From the human T2T-CHM13v2.0 reference genome, Homo sapiens, in the NCBI RefSeq assembly GCF_009914755.1, contig NC_060938.1: a stretch of DNA of 64,000 nucleotides; one strand, written 5' to 3'. The notes under the pieces are model-generated. The model worked only from the letters and a program-made list of their open reading frames with translations. It was not told the DNA's origin and ran no database searches. Within the stretch, counting starts at the first letter, position 1. Each line of letters starts with the position of its first letter. Both the position numbers and the translations under genes were made by a program. Positions 17,413 through 33,194 of the stretch are shown one piece after another.

Positions 17413-18923
17413 CTCACATTGCCTGATTTCAAGGCATATTATAGAGCTACAATAAGGTATTGCTTAGACAATAGAGTCATAGATCAATGAAACAGAAGAC
17501 TCCAGGAATAGATGCACACAAATATAGTCAATTGATTTTGAACAAAAGTTCAATGCAATTCAGTAGAGAAGGGGTAGTCTCTTTAAAAAGTTACATTAAA
17601 AAAATTGGTCATCCATATGCAAAAATATAAACTTCAATCTATATGAAAATTAATTGAATTATAGGCCTAAATTTAACATGTAAAATTACCAAACTTTAAG
17701 AAGAAAATCTTGAGTGGGAGGGCTTTTAGATATGACTGTAAAGGAATGATCCCAAAAACAAAGAGATGGTAAATTCTACCTTGTCAAAATGAAAATATAT
17801 TGTTGTATGAAAGACATAGTTAAGAGAATAAGAACACAAAGTGCCAGTGAGAGAATTTTTTTGCAAATTATATATCTGACAAAGATCTTATTTCCAGAAT
17901 ATATAAAGATCTCTCAAAACTCAAGAATAAGAAAACAAAAAACTCATTTAATTGCCCAAAAGATTGGAACAGACACTTTATCAAAGAAGACATATAGATG
18001 TTAGCTAAGGACATAAACGATGTATCATTAAGGAAGTGTTAATTAAATGCAAATTAAAACTCAATGGGATACAACTACACACCTATTAGAATGCCTGGCA
18101 TAATAATAATAAGTGTTTAAAAGGCAATAAGTGCTGGTGAGGATGTACAGCAACTGGTGCTCCCATACACTGCAGGGGGAATGCAAAATATTGCCACTTT
18201 AGAAAACAGTTTGACATTTACTTGTAAACTTAAAAATACATTTGTTATATGACCTAGCATAACTTTCCTAAGTATTTATTCAACAGCACTGACAACTTAT
18301 TTTTACGTAAAAATCTTTACATGGGTGTTTAATGTCAGCTTTATTCAACAGCACCAATAAGTGAAAACAACTCAGTTATGCCTCATTCAACCAGTCAATG
18401 CATGAACTAGCTGTGGTACATTTATACAACTGTATACTACTCTGCAATTAAAAGAAATAAACATTTTTCTCATACAACAATATAGACCGAACCTAAACTC
18501 ACTTTATTAGGTGAAAGAACCCAGACTTCAAAAGCTACATAATGCATTAATCCATTTATATGGCACTTTGGAACCAAAGACAGATCAATGTGCCAGGGAT
18601 TGGAAGATGAACAAAGGAGTTAAGAAATGAAGGGTAACACACGGGAATATTTAAGGCGATGGAACTATTCCATCTAGAACTATGGTGGAGGATATATGAC
18701 TTCGTGCATTTGTCAAAACCCATAGACATGTATTCCACAAAGAACAAATTTTATTATATGTAAGTTTTAAAGAATCAACCAGGATGAGAAGGGAAAGATG
18801 AAATGCAGACTGTGACAAATGAAACAAACTACATTACAAATGAATAAAGAGGGCAAGGAATAAATTAACTCAAGTAAGTAATTTTAGAAAAAAAGTGATT
18901 TAACTAGATACTACAAAAAGAAA

Positions 18924-19206
18924 TTTGTTTTGAGACAAGTTCTTATTCTGTCACCCAGGCTAGAGTGCAGCGACATGATCATGGAGCCTCTACTTCCTCA
19001 GCTCAAGTGATCTTCCCACTCTGGCCTCCAGAGTAACTGGGACTACAGGCATGTGCCACCACACCCAACTTATTTTTGTATTTTTTGTAAAGACAGGGTT
19101 TCGCCTTGTTGCCCAGGCTGGTCTCAAACCCCTGGGTTCAAGCAATCCTCCCACCATAGGCCTCCAAAATTCTGGGATTACAGACGTGAGTCACTGTGGC
19201 CTGTCC
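18924..19206 (-). mobile_element. AluJ
   Basis: Antisense Alu with J-type 'gctcaagtgatcttccc' and 'ttgttgcccaggctggtctc'. Confidence 0.88.
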
Positions 19207-20685
19207 AGAAATAGTTTTATACTACTATTGAACTCTAGTTGGTAAATTTGTTTCTCCCAGAAGTGTAGTTTATCAATTCTGAGACTATACGTTTACTAGG
19301 CTGAAACAAATCAGTAAATAGCTGTGATAACCAGATCTATATTTCTCTAGAAGAAAGAAGTTACAAATAAGGAAGAAATGCAAGTAGGAGCCCTGTGGTT
19401 CTGGATTGGAGTCAAAGGTATCCGTATGAACTCATGATGGCTTAGATTGGCACAACCTGAGCAACATAATAAATAATAATATTGGATTATAACCCCAAGA
19501 ATAATGTAGGTACCCATGAGTTCATATGACTATCAGTAGAAAGCTGAATAAATAAATAGAAGAGAAGCAATACTACAATAATTGCTGCAAGCAAGATTCA
19601 CTAATTGCTGCTAAAACTAGTGAGTGAAAATTTATACAGAAACAGGAATATTGTATCTCCCTCCAGATATTTGTTAATTATGAGGCATACCCCCATATTG
19701 ATTAATTGCAAATGGAAAAATAGTAGCTTTATAGTGAATAAACCTGGCAGATACCACTTTATCTGAGTGATCAAAGTTAATATTAACAGTAATATATGTT
19801 GACGTTATGTACCTTCTGAGAGGGGCACATCACTTCTATGCTATCCTTCACAGTACTGTACTGCATAAGCTCAATTTAATCATGAGAAAACATCAGACAA
19901 ATCCAAATTGAAGGTCATTCTACAAAAGTATCAAGGTCATGAATTGATAAGAAAATAATGAACTGTCACAGATTAGAGATCAAGGAGAAATGACAACTAA
20001 ATTCAGTGCAGGACCCTGGACTGGATCTCAAAACAGAAAAGGGACATAGATGAAAAAACTGGTAAAATACAAATAAAGTCTTAAGTTTAATTAATAGTAT
20101 TGCACCAATGTTAATTTCTTAGCTTTGATAATTGTTCAGTGGTTACATAAGAATAAATAAAATAGGTGAAGGGAATTCCAGATACTGTCTGTATTTTAGT
20201 CCTTCATAGTTTTTCTAATTTTAAAATGATATCTAAAGAAAAAAAATGACAAGAAATCTACATACTATAATCCTAGAGATGCCATTTAAATATATACAAC
20301 ATAAAAGTATACAAAATTGTTTAACATTCTGAATTTTGCACTTCAAAAATCAATCAGCTTATTTCTATAATTTCCATTTTTTAATGATGAGATAAAAGGA
20401 AAGGTTTTAAAATAAGATTTATAAACTATTCAAATAACAGATTGTGGGGGTGTAGTTTTTATTCAACAAAATGAAAAGCCAAATTAGATATAATTGTCAC
20501 CAGATTTTTTTCTCTCTTTAATTTTTAAACTACTAGAGGCATCTTTCTATGCTGAGCAGAATTTTGAACAGATAAATGTTAACTTATGAAACTGGTTCAT
20601 GTGAATATCACATTGAGGCAAATTTGCAGTTATTGTTTTTATACTTCTCCCTAACTTGGACTTCAGCATTGGCATGTCTTATGTC

Positions 20686-20992
20686 TTTTTGTTTGCTTTT
20701 GTCTCAATCTGTCACCCAGGCTGGAGTGCAGTAGCACCATTTCGGGTCACTGCGACCTTCCCAGCCTCCCAGGCTTGAGACTCTTAGGCACAAGCGATTC
20801 TCTTGCCTCAGCCACCAAGTAGCTGGGACTACAGGTGCATGCCACCAAACCTGGCTAATTTTTGCATTTTTTGTAGAGACAGGGTTTTGCTGTATTGCCG
20901 AGGCTGGTCTTGAACTCCTGGCCTCAAGCAATCCTTCCACCTTGGCATCTCAAAGTGCTGGGATTACAGGTGCGAGCAACCGCACCCAGCCC
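20686..20992 (-). mobile_element. AluJ (Jb-like) with a small internal insertion
   Basis: Antisense Alu 'ggcctcaagcaatcc'; flanking repeat 'cttatgtcttttt'. Confidence 0.88.
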
Positions 20993-21369
20993 AGCATTCC
21001 TTATGTCTTTTTTATCTATCCAATTGTTCATCCTGGGTATAAATTAAATAATATGTAACTAAGAATAAAATCAACATAACTAAGAATTATGATGGTCCCA
21101 ACATTAAATGAAAGTTCGACTGTCATCAGCAACCTCATTTTATTTGGGCTTATTAACTGCTATGAATTCTCATTTCATAAGTATTCAGAGGTTCTCCAAT
21201 TATTCCTTTTTTAAATAAAATAAAATATATTCTTTGTTTGATTCAAAAATACACACACATTATAACAGATGGCATCTGGATGTTTGCAAACTGTTTGAAA
21301 AACACCAGCCTGGTTAGTAGATAAAAAATCAGCCATTTTGAACTCTCAGCTTCTTAAAGAAAATCCATT

Positions 21370-21818
21370 TTCTAACATTGAAAATAGTTTTAACTACAGA
21401 TAACAAGACAAAAACCCCAAAGTAAGATGATTCTAGAGTTTATTTCACTTAATGAAAACCTTAAAATCCCAGGTTCTTTATATATTTCTTTTGCCACATT
21501 TTCCAGAAGCATTTCCAGACATAATATTGTCCAAAGAAGTCTATTCCTCTGTGTCACCTTTTAAAACTGAAGAAATCTTTTCAGACGTTTCTCCCCATCC
21601 GGTTGACATCCTTTCTTGTCTCATTGGCCAGAATTATGTCACTTTTCCACTCCTAAACAAGTTACTGGCAGTAAACCAATATGCTAATCTAGGATTGACT
21701 CCTTAATTGAGAATATAGTCACTTTCCCTGAAAGCTGGATCCTTAGATAAAGCTAGTTTGTGTTGACAAGAAAGACTGGGTTAATGGGCATTGAGTGGGC
21801 AGCCTACTGTGTCTACTG
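21370..21818 (-). mobile_element. Old MLT1 (J/K/L-like) LTR fragment
   Basis: Motifs 'tctcattggccagaattatgtcac' and 'gggcattgagtgggcagcc', recalled from consensus. Confidence 0.45.
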
Positions 21819-21949
21819 AAAGTATCCTGTGGAAGGAATTTGAGTTTACAAAATTCTCCAGGCACGGGGAGTGTATAAGTAATAAGCAAAATTCAGTGTT
21901 TTGAGAGCTTTGAGAGAACTATATCTAATACTCTATGAATGTACCCAAA

Positions 21950-22830
21950 CTAGGAAGACTTGGGAGTTTATGTCATCAGAAATAGCTGCCTGGAAAAGGT
22001 AACGCATGGAGTGGATGGGGCTGGAGGGTTGTGGGATTGGAGCAGCAGAGACGGGGGAGATCATGAAGGGCCTCCTATTTTACACAAAGGAATTCATGAG
22101 CTACGCTGGAGTAGATTGAAGGCAGCTGAAGGATTTTAAACACATAAGGGACATTATGAGATTTGCTTTTAAGAAAAACTGCACTGTGCAGCAAGGACAG
22201 ACTGCTCCCCCCTCTGACATTTTATGCTCTTTATTATCTGATCTTATTTAGCACTTAGCATTCACGTTCTGATATGAGCTAGTTTTCCTGTGTGAAATAA
22301 ATGGAATCTTATCTCCTAAACTACATTATAAATTCTAAGAAGGCAGAAATGAACGGCTATTCAGTCGCATGCCTCTCAATACATAGTAGAGTGACTCGCA
22401 TCTAGAAAGTGCTCATTTTGTTGTCCTTTGTTAACTACTTCCTTCTCATTCCATCTACAAAGCTGCACTAACCACAACTCTGGATGTCAATGAAGTACAT
22501 TTGATAAAGTTAGGAGCTGGACTCAGCCAGATTAGGGTTTGTACCTCAGGTTCCTCATAGGTAAAACTGGTCATCATTGTAAAACAGATCATCATCCCTT
22601 TATTTCAGAGTTTTAAGAATTACACATCTTTCAGGTACAGTATCTGCATGTCAAGGACTGGATGAATAAAGATTTATCTTGCTTACTTCTTTAATTATAT
22701 CCTCCCTAATTGGAATATAACCTCTGTGACAACAAGGACTTTGCTTGTCTGGCTCATTGTAGTATTTAAGGGCAAAGAGCAGAGACTGACACATAATAAC
22801 ACTCAATAAAATATCTGAATTATTAATTGA
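21950..22830. mobile_element. Cluster of L2 and MIR fragments
   Basis: L2-like 'agatcatgaagggcc...gaaggattttaa'; L2 3' end 'actcaataaaatatctgaat'; MIR-like 'acctcaggttcctcataggtaaaa'. Confidence 0.45.
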
Positions 22831-23202
22831 AGGAAAGGCTGCAGAAATGACTCTCTATACAATATTTAAAGATAATGGCACATTGAAGTGAGACTTGGGC
22901 AAATAGACAATGATCTTAGGCCTTTAATTTGGTAATCCTAGATGAAATAAAATTATTAAAGGTCATTTTATTTTTATTTATGTAAGCAGGAAAAAGCCTT
23001 AGGTGCCTATGTTATTTTCTAAATACCCCTGAATATTGACTCAACTAATTACCCCTCCTTTGATCCCACAATGTCTATGCATCTTCCTCCTCCACTTTGT
23101 TTCTGCAAGGATCTACAAGACTAGAGCCCGAGCCATTCAGCTCCTCGTCTCCTGGTCTACATAAATGTGCAGAAAATTAGAAGAGCATTCTGTAGAATAG
23201 AA

Positions 23203-26107
23203 CAGTGACTCTCAAACCTGGCTACATATAAGAATCACCTCGTAGACTTTTAAAATAAAATACCCTTGCTCCACTTAATATAAAAATCTCTGAGGTAGAG
23301 TTCTAAAAATGTTTTCATATGATTTTATTTATTTTGTTACATTTTAAGTTCTGGGGTATGTGTGCAGAACGTGCAGGTTTGTTACATAGGTGTACACATG
23401 CCATGCTGATTTGCTGCACCCCTCAACCAGTCATCTACATTAGGTATTTCTCCTAATGCTATCCCTCCCCCAGGCCCCCACACCCCTGACAGGCCCCAGT
23501 GTGTGATGTTCCCCTCTCTATGTCCATGCGTTCTCATTGTTCACCTCCCACTTGTGAGTGAGAACATGCGGTGTTTGGTTTCTGTTCTTGTGTTAGTTTG
23601 CTGAGAATGATGTTTTCCAGCTTCATCCATGTCCCTGCAAAGGACATGAATTCATCCTTTCTATGGCTGATAGTATTACATGGTGTATATGTGCCACATT
23701 TTCTTTATCCAGTCTATCATGGATGGGCATTTGGGTTGGTTCCAACTCTTTGCTATTGTGAACAGTGCTGCAATAAACATACATGTGCATGTGTTTTTAT
23801 AGTAGAATGATTTATAATCCTTTGGGTATATAGCCAGTAATGGGATTGCTAGGTCAAATGGTATTTCTGGTTCTAGATCCTTGAGGAATCACCACACTGT
23901 GTTCCACAATGGTTGAACTAATTTACACTCCCAACAGTGTAAAAGTGTTCCTATTTCTCCACATCCTCTCCAGCATCTGGTGTTTCCTGACTTTTTAATG
24001 ATCACCATTCTAACTGGTGTGAGATGGTATCTCATTGTGGTTTTGATTTGCATTTCTCTAATGACCAGTGATGATGAGCATTTTTTTTTTTTTACATTTG
24101 TGGGCTGCATAGATATCTTATTTTGAGAAGTGTCTGTTTATATCCTTTGCCCACTTTTTGATGGGGTTATTTTTTTATTATAAATTTGCTTAAGTTCTTT
24201 GTAGATTCTGGATATTAGCCCTTTGTCAGAGGAGTAGATTGCAAAAATTTTCTCCTATTCTGTAGGTTGCCTGTTCACCCTGATGATAGTTTCTTTTGCT
24301 GTGCAGAAGCTCTTTAGTTTAATTAGATCTCATTTGTCAATTTTGGCTTCTGTTGGCATTGCTTTTGGTGTTTTAGTCATGAAGTCTTTGCTCTTGCCTA
24401 TGTCCTGAATGGTATTTCCTAGGTTTTCTTCTAGGTTTTCTTCTAGGGTTTTAGGTCTTACAGTTAAATCTTTAATCCATCTTGAGTTAATTTTTGTGTA
24501 AGGTGTAAGGAAGGGTCTCAGTTTCAGTTTTCTGCATATGGCTAGCCAGTTTTCCCAACAGCATTTATTAAATAGGAAATCCTTTCCCCATAGCTTGTTT
24601 GTGTCAAGTTTGTCAAAGATCAGATGGTTGTAGATATGTAGTGTTATTTCTGAGGCTTCTGTTTCTGTTCCATTGGTCTGTACATCTGTTTTGGTACGAG
24701 TATCATGCTGTTTTGATTACTGTAGCCTTGTAGTATAGTTTGAAGTCAGGTTGTGTGATGCCTCTGGCTTTGTTTTTTTTTGCTTAGGATTGTCTTGGCT
24801 ATGCAGGCTCTTTTTTGCTTCCATATGAAATTTAGTTTTTTCTAATTCTGTGAAGAAAGTCAATGGTATTTTGATGGGGATAGCACTGAATCTATAAATT
24901 ACTTTGGGCAGTATGGCCATTTTCACGATACTGATTCTTCCTAATCATGACCACAGAATGTTTTCCCATTTGTTTGTGTTCCCTCTTATTTCCTTGAGCA
25001 GTGGTTTGTAGTTGTCCTTGAAGAGGTCCTTCACATCCCTTGTAAGTTGAATTCATAGGGTTAAAAATTCTCTTTGTAGCAATTGTGAATGGGAGTTCAC
25101 TTGTGATTTGGCTTTCCATTATTGGTGTATAGGAATGCTTATGATTTTTGCACATTGATTTTGTATCCTGAGACTTTGCTGAAGTTGCTTATTAGATTAA
25201 GGAGATTTGGGGCTGAGAAGATGGGGTTTTCTAAATATACAATCATGTCAGTTGCAAACAGAGACAATTTGACTTCCTCTCTTCCTATTTAAATACCCTT
25301 ATTTCTCTCTCTTGTCTGATTGCCCTGGGCAGAACTTCCAATACTATGTTGAATAGGAGGGGTGAAAGAGGGCATCCTTATCTTGTGCCGATTTTCAAAG
25401 GCAATGCTTCCAGCTTTTGTCCATTCAGTATGATACTGGCTGTGGGTTTGTCATAGATAGCTCTTATTATTTTGAGATATGTTACATCAATACCTAGTTC
25501 ATTGAGAGTTTTTAGCATGAAGGGGTGTTGAATTTTATCGAAGGCCTTTTCTGCATCTCTTGAGATAATCATGTAGTTTTTGTCGTTGGTTCTGTTTATG
25601 TGATGGATTATGTTTATTGATTTGCATATGTTGAACCAGCCTTGCATCCCAGGGATGTAACCGACTTGGTCATGGTGGATAAGCTTTTTGATGTGCTGCT
25701 GGATTCGGTTTGCCAGAATTTTATTGAGGATTTTTGCATCAATATTCATCAGGGATATTGGCCTGAAATTTTCTTTTATGTTGTGTCTCTGCCAGGTTTT
25801 GGTATCAGGATGATGCTGGCCTCATAAAATGAGTTAGGGAGGATTCCCTCTTTTTCTATTGTTTGGAATAGTTTCAGAAGGATTGGTACCATCTCCTCTT
25901 TGTTGTACCCGTGGTAGAATTCAGCTGTGAATTGGTCTGGTCCTGGACTTTTTTTGTTGGTAGGCTATTAATTACTGCCTCAATTTCAGAACTTATTGTT
26001 GGTCTATTCAGGGATTTAACTTCTTCCTGGTTTAGACTTAGGAGAATGTGTATGTCCAGGAATGTTTTAATGTTTTAATGAGCATCCAGAGTTTAGAACC
26101 ATAGGAA
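23203..26107. mobile_element. MER5A DNA transposon split by an L1PA insertion
   Basis: 'cagtgactctcaaacctggctacatataagaatcacct' on the left and 'ccagagtttagaacca' on the right of the L1. Confidence 0.6.
23322..26063 (-). mobile_element. L1PA7-like, 5'-truncated (~2.7 kb)
   Basis: ORF2 fragments 25378..25749 ([21 protein letters not shown]), 24717..24926, 23889..24110; 3' end 'aagttctggggtatgtgtgcagaacg'. Confidence 0.92.
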
Positions 26108-26629
26108 TAATGTTTTCCAAAGCATTTGGTTTATGTATAATTTTAAATATACCCCAATACATCATTTTTGGTAGACAGGCATGCACAAAGTATATTTTTA
26201 CTTTCTATTTAAATATAGTAAACATAAAGGTAATTACACATCTCAAAAATTTTCCAAACAAACATACCCATGTAACACTAGTGAGATCATAAATATAACA
26301 TACTGGGCATCCCAGAAGCCCCCTCATGCCCCCTTAATTAACCTCCCCCCTTTTCACTCACTACCCCCTCCAATGGTAGCCACTATCCTGATGTTAATTA
26401 GCCTGAATTTATTTTGCTTGTTTTTACTTTCTATAAATAAAATAATACAGTATGTATTATTTTGTTTCTGGTTCAAGATGCCTTTTTTAAGTAAGAAATG
26501 ATGTAGTCCAGATCACTTGGTTTAATAATCTCATTTAAATCCAATAAAATCCAGAAAAATGTTGAAAAGTTGTAGAGACATAGTAAGGAAGAATGATTTA
26601 CAGCAGGTGCTAGGTTGTATGAATTTGTG

Positions 26630-26840
26630 TTTATACTCTTGCTTTTCTGCTTGTAGGTGTTGTGACCCTGGGCAATTATTTAGCTCTCTAGGCCTCAGCT
26701 TATTAATCTGTAAAAGATGGTTAATAATAGTGCTATATCATGGGATTGTTTGAGGTTTATATAGAGCAATATGTGTAAAGTATTGAGCACTCTGTTGGAG
26801 TAGAGGAAGCTTTAGTAACTGTTAACATTTATTATTTGTG
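26630..26840 (+). mobile_element. MIR
   Basis: MIR core 'tgtgaccctgggcaattatttagctctctaggcctcagcttattaatctgtaaaa'. Confidence 0.75.
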
Positions 26841-27030
26841 ATTACTTAAGAAAGATTAAGTGAAAGTCATTAACCTCACATTAAAAATAGGAATATAATC
26901 TTAGAAATCGGAGGCCAGTGCATACACAGAGTGTAGTTTGAAGTTAGCCATGGATTAGGTAAACTTCTCAGAATACTGTTGCAGGCAAGATAGGGAAATT
27001 GGTCTTAATGACATCTCTTCTAAAAAAAAT

Positions 27031-27220
27031 AGTATTGGGTTCCAAATCATGGACTGTATCAAAATCACCTGTGTGTGTGTTCTATAATAAACAAACATGT
27101 CCTGGCTCTAGTCCCACCATAAACCAAATGAATTAGAATTACTCGAGGTGTTCTACGGGAATTTACACTTTGAACAAGCTCCCTTCATGACTCTGATTCA
27201 CTTCCAAACTTTAAATACTG
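27031..27220. mobile_element. MER5A-like DNA transposon
   Basis: 'tcaaaatcacctg...gaattagaattactcg...acaagctccc...gactctgat'. Confidence 0.5.
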
Positions 27221-27644
27221 ATCTGTACTGCATAGTTCCAAAGAGCAAGTGCTCCATCCTGGATGTTGTTAAAGCTTCAATGATTAATTTAGCGCTTGGT
27301 ATGTAATCTTTTCTCAATAAATGTGCATTTGCTGAACTGTGAAAGAGATGTCTGAAACTCTTAATGCATATCATTCTGCTATCCAACATTATCATCAGCA
27401 ATTTGAAAGAAAACACTGATGGCATGCTTAACAGATCTACTAATGTCAGAAAAGAGGGAGTATATAAATGGCAAATGTAAGGAAAATACAAATGTGGGTA
27501 GATACACTTAAATTTTTTAAAATGTCATCACTAATCAGCATTTCATGTAAAATGGAACTAAGGATTTAGTTGGATACATTACCAACAAAATAAATGCTAT
27601 CTTCAAATGCGTTAATAAATGGGGCATAGCTTGCTATTTGCCTA

Positions 27645-28530
27645 TTTAGGGGTCAGTCAATAATAAGGCAAAATCTGTCCCATTCTTGTTTATATAAATA
27701 AACTTGTATTGGAACACAGTATATTTATTCACCTATATATTGGTTATGGCTGCTTTCTCACTACAATGGTAAAGTTGCATATTTGTGATTGAGACCATAT
27801 AGCTGAAATAATTTACTATATGTCCCTTTTTTTAGAAAAAAAAAAAAGAATATACTTTAAGTTTTGGGATACATGTGCAGAACATGCCGGTTTGTTACAT
27901 AGGTATACATGTGCCATGCTGGTTTGCCACACTTATCAACCCGTCATCTACATTAGGTATTTCTCCTAATGCTATCCCTCCCCTAGCCCTCCACCCCCGA
28001 CAGGCCTTAGTGTGTGATGTTCCTCTCCCTGTGTCCATGTGTTATTTTTGTTCAACTCCCACTTACGAGTGAGAACATGCGGTGTTTGGTTTTCTGTTCT
28101 TGTGTTAGTTTGCTGAGAGTGATGGTTCCCAGCTTCATCCATGTCCCTGCAAAGGACATGAACTCATCCTTTTCTATGGCTGCATGGTATTCCATGGTGT
28201 ATATGTGCCACATTTTCTTTATCCAGTCTATCATGGATGGGCATTTGGGTTGGTTCCAACTCTTTGCTATTGTGAACCGTGCTGCAATAAACATACATGT
28301 GCATGTGTTTCTATAGTAGAATGATGTATAATCCTTTGGGTATATACCCAGTAATGGGATTGCTGAGTCAAATGGTATTTCTGGTTCTAGATCCTTGAGG
28401 AATCACCACACTGTCTTCCACAATGGTTGAACTAATTTACACTCCCACCAGCAGTGTAAAAACATTCCTACTTCTCCACATCCTCTCCAGTACTATCTGC
28501 CCTTTTACAGAAAAAGCTTGTCAAACTCTA
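27645..28530. mobile_element. MER58A split by an L1PA insertion
   Basis: 'aaataaacttgtattggaacacag' on the left and 'tactatctgcccttttacagaaaaagcttgtcaaactct' on the right. Confidence 0.7.
27826..28490 (-). mobile_element. L1PA7/8-like 3' fragment
   Basis: ORF 28052..28294(-) is the ORF2p C-terminus; 3'UTR present; duplicated target tactat(a/c)tg(t)ccctttt. Confidence 0.92.
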
Positions 28531-28539
28531 GCCTCTTCC

Positions 28540-28926
28540 ATGTCTCATTCTCTGCATCTTTCTTAATAATAGGAGCTCCAAGTATTTTGTGGGCATATGG
28601 ATACCTAGGTTAAAGATTACATTTCTTGGCATCCTTTCTATCAGGCATTTCATGTGACTACATTCTGGCCAATGAAATATAGACCTGATGGCTGAAGCTA
28701 TAGCAGCCGTCTTGATCCATGCTTTGAAAGCATAGGTTTGGCAGTCTGGACCTGGAAGGGACCAAAGTCCTTAGGTGCCTGATGGCTTTGTGGAACCACT
28801 GTACCAGCCCTTCCTGCTAGCTTCAAGACTTTTTTTTGTACATAAAGGAAAACAATATTGGGTGTTTGATCCACTGTTCATTTGGGTGTTCTGGTACTTA
28901 CCTTTGCACCTATTCTAACTGATACA
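28540..28926 (+). mobile_element. Old MLT1 LTR
   Basis: 'catgtgactacattctggccaatga' ... end 'ctaactgataca'. Confidence 0.55.
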
Positions 28927-28979
28927 GATGTATAATGTCCAGATCTTAGAATTGATTGTGCTGGTTCAAGCACATAGGG

Positions 28980-29116
28980 GATATTTTTTGCCTTTTAATG
29001 TCAGAGAACTCTCCATCATTAGAAGATTTTAAGAAGATCTAGAATACCACCTGTCAGACAAGTGAGGCAGAGTTCCCTGAATTGGATGGAGGTTAAACTA
29101 CATGACCTCTAAGATT
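28980..29116 (+). mobile_element. L3/CR1-like 3' end fragment
   Basis: 'ctccatcattagaagattttaagaagatctag...actacatgacctctaag'. Confidence 0.4.
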
Positions 29117-29699
29117 TTAAGTTAGGTATTCCTGGACCACATTTTTCCTTATTAATGGAAAGTGTTAAATGGGTTCTTAGTTCAAGCACTTAAAATGATT
29201 AAAGTAACCAGCCAGAAAGCCAAGCTGCCAAAATGGAAAGTGCAGAGGGAGTAAAATATCAGTACAATTCTAACTTTCTATTTGCAGAAAAGCAATGATT
29301 CAAATGGTACATTAGGCTCTCGTTGAGGAAAACATTGACACTATAGCAGATGACAAAACCTCCTGTCCAATAAATTGGAGATACCCATTTCCATAGAATT
29401 TCTGGGACAAGTGAACAATATCATTATGCCATATGGATGATTCTTTTCTGCATAAAATGTGTTTTATTGTATTTTATGTTTTGATAGAACTATAGTTAAA
29501 TTAAGCTCAGCATGAACACAGATAATCTATAAATAAATTGATGTATCCTATATTAACTAAACATAAAGAAATAGGAAATTATTTGACTAGTAAAGAATAA
29601 TAGTAAAGGATTGTGTGACTTTGGCACAAACATACCTTCCTTCTTTTGTTGATGCCCCTTTATTTTTATTTTTGCAGGATTTATTGTAAATATAATTTC

Positions 29700-29950
29700 T
29701 TCAGTCTTCCTGCCATAACCCAGCAGGACAAACCCCATTTTCTCATTATTTGTCCTCATAGTATCATGTATTTGCTTTTCAGAGTAGTTATTGCAAATAT
29801 AATTAATTGATTATTTGATCCCCTGCTAGCAGACTGTAAGCACCTTGTGCACTGTGGCAATGTTCGTCTCAATCTCTTTGTATCCCCAGACCCTAAAGCA
29901 GTGCCTGGCAAAGAAAGACAGTCAATAAAAACTTGTCGAATGATGATGAT
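29700..29950 (+). mobile_element. L2 3' end fragment
   Basis: 'agactgtaagcacc...gcagtgcctggca...tcaataaaaacttgtcgaatga'. Confidence 0.65.
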
Positions 29951-30149
29951 GCAATTAGGAAATATAATTCCGTTCTTTATTATACACTATATCCATGTTG
30001 TGATGCAGGTTCAGTTTTCTTAATTTCAAACAACCAGAGTCAGAATTAGCCTTCTTGAAAGAAAAAATGTGCATCTTAACTAAGAGCAACAGCCACATCA
30101 ACAACAGAAAACAAGATATCCTAGTAAACATCTTAGAAACCCTTTCTAT

Positions 30150-32300
<2,151 letters not shown>

Positions 32301-33194
32301 TTTTGAATTACAAGGGACAATTGCATTGTAGGTTAGGCGGGATTTTTTATTTAATATTTGTGAATTTGAAAAATTACTTTGGTGTTGGTCACACAAATGA
32401 ATAGATTGTAGACATAGTGAAATTCTGTTTGCTGCCATGCCTGTGGATTCTCCTTCCTATTTGTGGGAAATTCTCTGCTGTATGAGTCCGTTGGGATGCA
32501 GAGTCTCTTTCTCAGTAAGCTAAATAAAAATGCCATGAGCTTGCTTTTTCAGCCTCCCTTCCAAGATATGGGCTGCTTATCTAGATTCTGCCAGAATTTT
32601 CTTTTGCTCTAGATATAGAATACAGGATCAAGGTTCTTTTCAATTAACTACAATTAAGATTCCTTACTGATACACACATTAACATTAAGTTGGGGAAATA
32701 AGACAAGTTCTACTCTGATTGACTATATATATAGGATTTATATATACATATATAGAGTTTATAGATATAGGTCATTTTATATATGTAGTTTATATGTGAA
32801 AAACAGATCTGTTAATTAGCTTGACTGTAGTATTCATGTCATTATATATGTATATCAAAACATCATGTTTTATATCTTAAACATATACAATAAATATATT
32901 TTTAAAAGCAGGCCATTTCCTGTATGAACTTCGTTAATGAAAAGAACCACATACCTGGGAGCATAAATTAGTACAGCGATTTTGGAAAATAGTATGGAGA
33001 TTTCTCTTAAAACTAAAAATAGAACTACCATACTATCCAGCAATCCCACTATCGGATATTTATACAAAGAAAAACCAGTATATCAAAGGGATACCTGTAC
33101 CCTTATGTTTATTGAAGCACTGTTCACAATAGCTAAGATACGGGATCAACCTAAGTGTCCATCAACTGATGAATGAATAAAAATGTGGTATATA

